Part shown: positions 26,921-31,501 of the stretch, in pieces
Layout: every line of letters begins with the position of its first letter
How positions within the stretch are numbered: the first letter of the stretch is position 1
IMG/VR virus record: IMGVR_UViG_3300033067_000018
Location: 1-31,501 of that record
Length of the DNA stretch: 31,501 bases
Reading direction: 5' to 3' (one strand)
DNA from: a virus
Lineage: Duplodnaviria; Caudoviricetes
Program-made: the position numbers and the translations under genes
Notes under the pieces: generated by a model
Database searches by the model: none
What the model was told of the DNA's origin: nothing
What the model saw: only the letters and a program-made list of their open reading frames with translations

Positions 26921-27538
26921 ATGAAAATAACAGATAAAATAACAATAACGAACGAAGATAATATGCTATTGATGGCACGTTACACTGATAACTATTTTGA
27001 CTTGGCTATTGTAGACCCACCTTACGGAATAAAAATGCACGGTGGAACAAGACAATACAATACTTATGAAAAAAAAGATTGGGATAACAATATACCACCA
27101 AAAGAATATTTTGATGAATTAATTCGTGTTTCAAAAAATCAGGTTATATGGGGTGGTAATTATTTTACTGAGTTTTTATACCCTTCAAGATGTTGGATGA
27201 TTTGGGATAAAACAATTCACGGAAATACTTTTGCTGATGGAGAAATGGCTTGGACTTCATTTGATAAAAATACAAGAATACTTGATTTAAATATAAATGC
27301 AAATCAAGGCTTTAGATTTCACCCAACACAAAAACCAATAAGATTATACAATTGGGTTTTAGATACATTAGCTAAAGAAGGTGACAAAATACTTGACACG
27401 CATTTAGGTTCAGGTTCAATAGCAATAGCTTGCCACGACTACGGATTTGAATTGACTGCTTGTGAATTAGACAAAGAGTATTACGACAAAGCAATAGAAA
27501 GAATAACAAATCATACAAACCAACAAAAACTTTTTTAA
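26921..27538 (+). CDS. Orphan N6-adenine/N4-cytosine DNA methyltransferase (beta class)
   Basis: Motif IV VDPPY precedes HPTQKP and motif I ILDTHLGSGS. Confidence 0.9.
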   Translation: MKITDKITITNEDNMLLMARYTDNYFDLAIVDPPYGIKMHGGTRQYNTYEKKDWDNNIPPKEYFDELIRVSKNQVIWGGNYFTEFLYPSRCWMIWDKTIHGNTFADGEMAWTSFDKNTRILDLNINANQGFRFHPTQKPIRLYNWVLDTLAKEGDKILDTHLGSGSIAIACHDYGFELTACELDKEYYDKAIERITNHTNQQKLF

Positions 27539-28015
27539 ATGGAAAATAAAATAAAAGAATTAATCCTAAAAGAATTAAGAGTAGATATATCTGAACAAAG
27601 CAGGAAACGAGAAATAATTGAAGCAAGAGCATTATACTTCTATTTAGTAAGAAAGATATACACTAAAAGAAGTTTACAATCAATAGCTGCAGACTTCGAT
27701 ATGAATCACGCTACAGTTGTACACGCATTAAAGAATTTCCCTTTGTACGAAAACTACAATACCAAGATATTAGACTGCAAGAATCTAATACTAAAATTAT
27801 TGGGTGGTGAAGTAGAACAAGAACTATCACAAGAAGATATTTTTAAACAAAAGTTACACGACTTGGAAAAGCAACTCAATGCTCCAAGATACGAATACAA
27901 GATAATAGAAAACCTTAACAACCTATTAGAAGCTACTAAAGGAACTGAACAACACGAGTTGATTACTTTACGATTAGAAGCATTCTATTCAATGAATAAA
28001 AATATAAGATTATGA
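27539..28015 (+). CDS. Protein with N-terminal DnaA domain IV (Bac_DnaA_C)-like DNA-binding domain
   Basis: SRKREIIEARALYFYLVR...SLQSIAADFDMNHATVVHALK parallels DnaA R.R.I...RQ..MYL.R...SL..IG..F.RDHTTVLHA. Confidence 0.75.
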   Translation: MENKIKELILKELRVDISEQSRKREIIEARALYFYLVRKIYTKRSLQSIAADFDMNHATVVHALKNFPLYENYNTKILDCKNLILKLLGGEVEQELSQEDIFKQKLHDLEKQLNAPRYEYKIIENLNNLLEATKGTEQHELITLRLEAFYSMNKNIRL

Positions 28016-28242
28016 AACTAAAAGAAAAGTTTAAAAAACAATTAGATACTGCTACACCTAAATTAAATAGACCTTTTTATCAAGCTAAAAAATGTAAAGA
28101 AATATCTGAAGATTTTACAATAAAGGTTATAGATTGGATTATTAACGAATATTATGCTAATCCAAATTGGAAATATAAGTCGTCAAAAAAAATGTTAAAA
28201 CAATTTAAAAAAGAAAAAGGATTATGAAACTAAAAGAAAAGT
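28008..28242 (+). repeat. 23-bp exact direct repeat GATTATGAAACTAAAAGAAAAGT (28008-28030 and 28220-28242)
   Basis: Spans the start codons of two adjacent genes, both beginning MKLKEK. Confidence 0.9.
28012..28227 (+). CDS. Hypothetical basic protein
   Basis: 71 aa, ATGA-coupled, ends FKKEKGL. Confidence 0.6.
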   Translation: MKLKEKFKKQLDTATPKLNRPFYQAKKCKEISEDFTIKVIDWIINEYYANPNWKYKSSKKMLKQFKKEKGL

Positions 28243-28484
28243 CAAAAGAGTTAGTATGTAAATATTATCATTTATTTTCTGTAGAATTAGAAAATACAAT
28301 AGATTATAGAGAAGCTAAACAATGTGCATTAATAGCAGTTGAAAACGAATATCATTCACTTAGAGAAATGCTTATACATTTTCAAGGTAGTAGAGTTATT
28401 AATGATGGAAATTTTTATTTAAAATTTTTACAAAAATTAATTGATGAAGAACAAAAAGTTAAACAAGAAATTGAAAAATTATGA
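28224..28484 (+). CDS. Hypothetical protein
   Basis: 86 aa; AKQCALIAV...VKQEIEKL pattern of small Bacteroidota phage proteins. Confidence 0.65.
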   Translation: MKLKEKSKELVCKYYHLFSVELENTIDYREAKQCALIAVENEYHSLREMLIHFQGSRVINDGNFYLKFLQKLIDEEQKVKQEIEKL

Positions 28485-28849
28485 AGATAACAGCCATAAT
28501 AGAAATTTTAAGAAGCGACAACACATCTTACCTTTGGGACTTACCAAAACCTAAATGGGAAGCAATAGACTATTATAATCTAAATCAAATTAAACAAGGT
28601 AACAAATACCACAATAGAAAGAACCAATACGATTACATAGGACTATCTGATAAAAGTGTTAAGATGCAAAAAGAACAACAACATAGAATGAAACCTATCA
28701 TACGCAAATCAGATGGTAAAGTATTTAGCGGTATGATTCAACTATGTAGGGAAACAGGAATCAATCGTTCTTCATTATCTTTAGCTTTAAATAACAAGCC
28801 AAACGGATTACAGAAATACAAAGATGAATACGAATTTATAAATCATTAA
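28481..28849 (+). CDS. Hypothetical protein with C-terminal NUMOD1-like HTH
   Basis: KPIIRKSDGKVFSGMIQLCRETGINRSSLSLALN. Confidence 0.55.
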   Translation: MKITAIIEILRSDNTSYLWDLPKPKWEAIDYYNLNQIKQGNKYHNRKNQYDYIGLSDKSVKMQKEQQHRMKPIIRKSDGKVFSGMIQLCRETGINRSSLSLALNNKPNGLQKYKDEYEFINH

Positions 28850-28851
28850 TT

Positions 28852-29088
28852 ATGAAACAAACAGCAGTAGAATGGTTAGCAGATAAATTAAATAATGATT
28901 TTGGAAATAATGATTTTTTAATTAGTTACGCAAATGAAATTAGCCAAGCTAAAGATTTAGAAAAGCGACATATTATGGATGCTTGGGTTGATGGAGTTGA
29001 CGATGAGTATGAACATCATATAAATGACACAATAAGAAAAAACTCAGAACAATACTATAACAAAACATTTAACAACTATAAGAAATAG
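28852..29088 (+). CDS. Hypothetical protein (MKQTAVEW family)
   Basis: QTAVEWL...QAK.LEK..IMDAW...EQYYN.TF pattern. Confidence 0.65.
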   Translation: MKQTAVEWLADKLNNDFGNNDFLISYANEISQAKDLEKRHIMDAWVDGVDDEYEHHINDTIRKNSEQYYNKTFNNYKK

Positions 29089-29093
29089 TTATT
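29070..29093 (+). promoter_or_regulatory. Candidate late promoter TAACAA-N12-GTTATT
   Basis: Upstream of the terminase genes; shared motif. Confidence 0.55.
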
Positions 29094-29123
29094 ATAGAAT
29101 TAATAATAATAACTTTTTTAAAT

Positions 29124-29417
29124 ATGGAAGATAAAAGAAGAAACAACGGTGGTCATAAAACTGCAGGTAGAAAATCTAAAGTTGAAGAACAAAAGGTAAA
29201 CAATATTTTCATCCAAGCTTTAAAAGAACTATACAACAAAGATACTGAAGATGAAACAAAGATTGCTTTTGTCAAAGGTACTTTAATGGAATCACAAAGA
29301 GGTCAATTATTTATTGCTGAACACATATTCGGTAAACCAAAAGAAATAGTTGAAACTACACACAATATTAACGACTTCAATATAAAAGATATATTTAAAA
29401 TTGATAAGTCTAAATAA
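29124..29417 (+). CDS. Putative terminase small subunit
   Basis: NGG...AGRKSK N terminus and FGKPKE motif; overlaps TerL. Confidence 0.6.
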   Translation: MEDKRRNNGGHKTAGRKSKVEEQKVNNIFIQALKELYNKDTEDETKIAFVKGTLMESQRGQLFIAEHIFGKPKEIVETTHNINDFNIKDIFKIDKSK

Positions 29418-30606
29418 CAAATACAATCTACTCGGATCAGATAGTAGGTACTTTGTAATAACAGGCGGAAGGGGTTCAGGGAAATCATATTCTTTGAACT
29501 CGTTCCTATTGTTGTTAACTTATGAAGTAGGACACGTGATACTATTTACACGTTACACTTTAACTTCTGCAAATGTATCTATCATTCCTGAATTTATAGA
29601 CAAGATAGAATCAGCCGATTTAAGCAACGATTTTTATATTACGAAGGACGAAATAGTAAATCTAAAAACAGGGTCTAAAATCCTATTCAAAGGGATAAAA
29701 ACAAGCAGTGGAACACAAACAGCTTCACTTAAATCTTTGGCGGGTGTAACTACTTGGGTATTGGATGAAGCAGAAGAACTAACAGATGAAGAAGTGTTTG
29801 AAAAGATAGACTTCAGTATTAGAACAAAAGGTGTACAGAATAGAGTGCTACTTGTATTGAATCCTGCAACAAAAGAACACTTTATATACAAGAAGTTCTT
29901 TGAAGATAAAGGAATACAAGCAGGTGCTAATTTAATCAAAGGTGATACTACTTACATTCACACAACCTATTTAGATAACATAGACAACTTATCAGAATCT
30001 TTTATAAGTCAAATAGAAAACATTAAGCAAAGAAGGCCTGAAAAGTACAAGCATCAAATACTTGGTGGATGGTTAGATAAAGCTGAAGGTGTAATCTTTA
30101 ACAATTGGACTATAGGTGAATACAAACAAGTAGGTGCTTCTGCATTTGGTCAAGATTTTGGTTTTAGTAACGATCCAACTACATTGGTAGAATGTAACAT
30201 AGATAGTGCAAACAAAAAGATATACATAAATGAAAGGTATTATCTACCTGCATTAACTACATCACAAATTTACCAATTAAACAAACAACACTGTTTAGAT
30301 AGTTTAATAGTAGCTGATTCTGCAGAACCAAGATTAATATCTGAATTACAAACTGCAGGGTTAAATATAGTACCTGCAATTAAAGGTCAAGGTTCTGTTA
30401 CATTTGGAATTGCTTTACTACAAGATTACGATTTGATAATTACACCTGAATCAATTAACTTAATCAGGGAACTGAATAACTATTGTTGGTTAGAAAAGAA
30501 ATCTAATACACCTATAGACAATCATAATCACTTAATAGATGCTTTAAGGTATATTGTATCATATCAATTAGAAAATCCAAACAAAGGTACTTATTACGTC
30601 TATTAA
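29401..30606 (+). CDS. terL: Terminase large subunit (PBSX/SPP1-like)
   Basis: Walker A GGRGSGKS, Walker B WVLDEAEE, LNP, nuclease GQDFGFSNDP, ADSAEP, NHLIDALRY. Confidence 0.95.
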   Translation: MISLNNKYNLLGSDSRYFVITGGRGSGKSYSLNSFLLLLTYEVGHVILFTRYTLTSANVSIIPEFIDKIESADLSNDFYITKDEIVNLKTGSKILFKGIKTSSGTQTASLKSLAGVTTWVLDEAEELTDEEVFEKIDFSIRTKGVQNRVLLVLNPATKEHFIYKKFFEDKGIQAGANLIKGDTTYIHTTYLDNIDNLSESFISQIENIKQRRPEKYKHQILGGWLDKAEGVIFNNWTIGEYKQVGASAFGQDFGFSNDPTTLVECNIDSANKKIYINERYYLPALTTSQIYQLNKQHCLDSLIVADSAEPRLISELQTAGLNIVPAIKGQGSVTFGIALLQDYDLIITPESINLIRELNNYCWLEKKSNTPIDNHNHLIDALRYIVSYQLENPNKGTYYVY

Positions 30607-30624
30607 TTAAACAAGGGTAAATTT

Positions 30625-30774
30625 ATGAGTTACGGACAAATCATAGCAACTATTCAATGCTACATTCATCACATCAAAGGTGTTGAAGTAGTAATTAACT
30701 TACCAAGAAACATTGGTGAGATTAAAAAGATGCAGCAGATGTATAAAGTAGCACAGGACTATTTGAACGTATAA
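30625..30774 (+). CDS. Small hypothetical protein, 49 aa (MSYGQIIATIQCYIHHIKG...)
   Basis: Read by hand after terL. Confidence 0.6.
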   Translation: MSYGQIIATIQCYIHHIKGVEVVINLPRNIGEIKKMQQMYKVAQDYLNV

Positions 30775-30782
30775 TTGAAAAG

Positions 30783-30853
30783 GTTAAACAAAAGTTAAAA
30801 AAATGTTAAAATCTGTAAATAGTTTTTGATTGTTAATAACTGATGTATATTTG
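30783..30853 (+). promoter_or_regulatory. Host-type early promoter (TTTG 30825, TATATTTG 30846) with three GTTAAA repeats at 30783, 30794 and 30805
   Basis: Bacteroidota consensus; TGTTAATAA at 30831 lies in the spacer. Confidence 0.75.
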
Positions 30854-30899
30854 TACTCAGATAACAACAACGAAGTTTTTATCTTAACACATTTCACTT

Positions 30900-31064
30900 A
30901 TGGCTTTACATTATGTTATTTTCGATGGTTCTTCTGCTTATGTTGTTGACGAGCAAGATATGTTAAATATCACTCGAAAAGACAAAGATACCGAAGTGGT
31001 ATTTAAGTCTATCAATTTGGACAAAGCATCTGATTTCGCAGATGATTATAATGACAGCCTTTAA
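30900..31064 (+). CDS. Small acidic protein, 54 aa (MALHYVIFDGSSAYVVDEQD...)
   Basis: Read by hand; lies between the promoter and a terminator-like hairpin. Confidence 0.7.
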   Translation: MALHYVIFDGSSAYVVDEQDMLNITRKDKDTEVVFKSINLDKASDFADDYNDSL

Positions 31065-31082
31065 CAGGGCTGTTCATTTTTT
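31051..31082 (+). terminator. Probable Rho-independent terminator
   Basis: ACAGCCT/GGGCTGT stem followed by a T-run. Confidence 0.6.
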
Positions 31083-31123
31083 AACAACGTTCATTGACAA
31101 TGAACAACTAACAATAATGAACA
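31071..31123. repeat. Symmetric four-box inverted repeat centred on 31097
   Basis: TGTTCATT-N10-GTTCATTG-A-CAATGAAC-N10-AATGAACA. Confidence 0.8.
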
Positions 31124-31381
31124 ATGATAGAAGATTATAATTATTATAAAGATTGGCATAAAAGATACATTTTAAAATGGAGAAGATTAATTGATTTGCC
31201 AAATCAAACACATAAAGTAAAATACTTGATTCAAGAAATGAGATATTTTATATGGATGCTTGAACATAGAAGAGAGCTATTTAAACATTATGATATAAAT
31301 GCAAAAGCACATCCAAGTTATCCTATTTGTTTAGATTGGAAAAATTACAAGATAAAAGAAAAGCAAATTAAAAATAAATAA
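31124..31381 (+). CDS. Hypothetical basic/aromatic protein
   Basis: 85 aa ORF. Confidence 0.5.
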   Translation: MIEDYNYYKDWHKRYILKWRRLIDLPNQTHKVKYLIQEMRYFIWMLEHRRELFKHYDINAKAHPSYPICLDWKNYKIKEKQIKNK

Positions 31382-31385
31382 TACT

Positions 31386-31499
31386 ATGGAATACTACGAT
31401 TATCAAAACGAATATCCTGAAAATGAATGCAGGTATTGTGGAGCAGCTTGTGAAAAAACATATTGTGATAAACAATGTGAACGAGCAGATGAAGATTAA
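31386..31499 (+). CDS. Small acidic zinc-finger-like protein, 37 aa
   Basis: MEYYDYQNEYPENECRYCGAACEKTYCDKQCERADED; CxxC...CxxxC. Confidence 0.65.
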   Translation: MEYYDYQNEYPENECRYCGAACEKTYCDKQCERADED

Positions 31500-31501
31500 G
31501 T

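Noticed and set aside
23642-27538. Restriction-modification pair (PD-(D/E)XK ORF plus methyltransferase)
   Set aside because: The genes are about 3 kb apart in different transcription units; orphan methyltransferases and small nucleases are routine in phages
5585-29939. All minus-strand ORFs in the track, plus + strand alternates 11112..11438 and 12105..12290
   Set aside because: They are shadows of well-supported + strand genes, with F/S/L/I-rich antisense composition and no motifs
1-31501. CRISPR array, tRNA genes, integrase/att site, stop-codon reassignment
   Set aside because: No repeat-spacer array, cloverleaf or recombinase recognised; genes tile densely under the standard code, with TAA, TAG and TGA all used as stops

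Overview
This window is most of an AT-rich tailed-phage genome (siphovirus-like), with essentially every gene on the + strand. Bacteroidota-type TAnnTTTG promoters and A-rich, SD-less start contexts point to a Flavobacterium-like host (inference). Gene order: tail-completion and tail-tip genes, tape measure, prohead protease, scaffold, free-standing GIY-YIG endonuclease, major capsid, tail tube, portal, adaptor, tail fibre with S74 chaperone, lysis cassette (holin, GH24 endolysin, u-spanin-like). An early/middle region follows (NinG, ERF, SSB, HNH, AAA helicase-like, ECF-like sigma, RecE-like exonuclease, DNA methyltransferase, DnaA domain IV-like protein), then TerS/TerL and a small accessory island. 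I saw no integrase, DNA polymerase, primase, tRNA or CRISPR array. The most interesting signals are cis-acting. (i) A two-tier promoter system: host-type promoters carrying 11-bp-phased GTTAAA repeats, and a TAACAA-N12-KTWATT motif in front of four late gene blocks that is a candidate target for the phage sigma. (ii) An A10/A_AAA_AAG slippery site exactly at a domain junction of the protease gene. (iii) A symmetric four-box site at 31071-31123. (iv) A minus-strand promoter and strand-skew-inverted non-coding stretch after the lysis genes. (v) A rare-codon patch in the capsid gene next to the homing endonuclease. All product calls come from motif recognition by eye; no database search was run.
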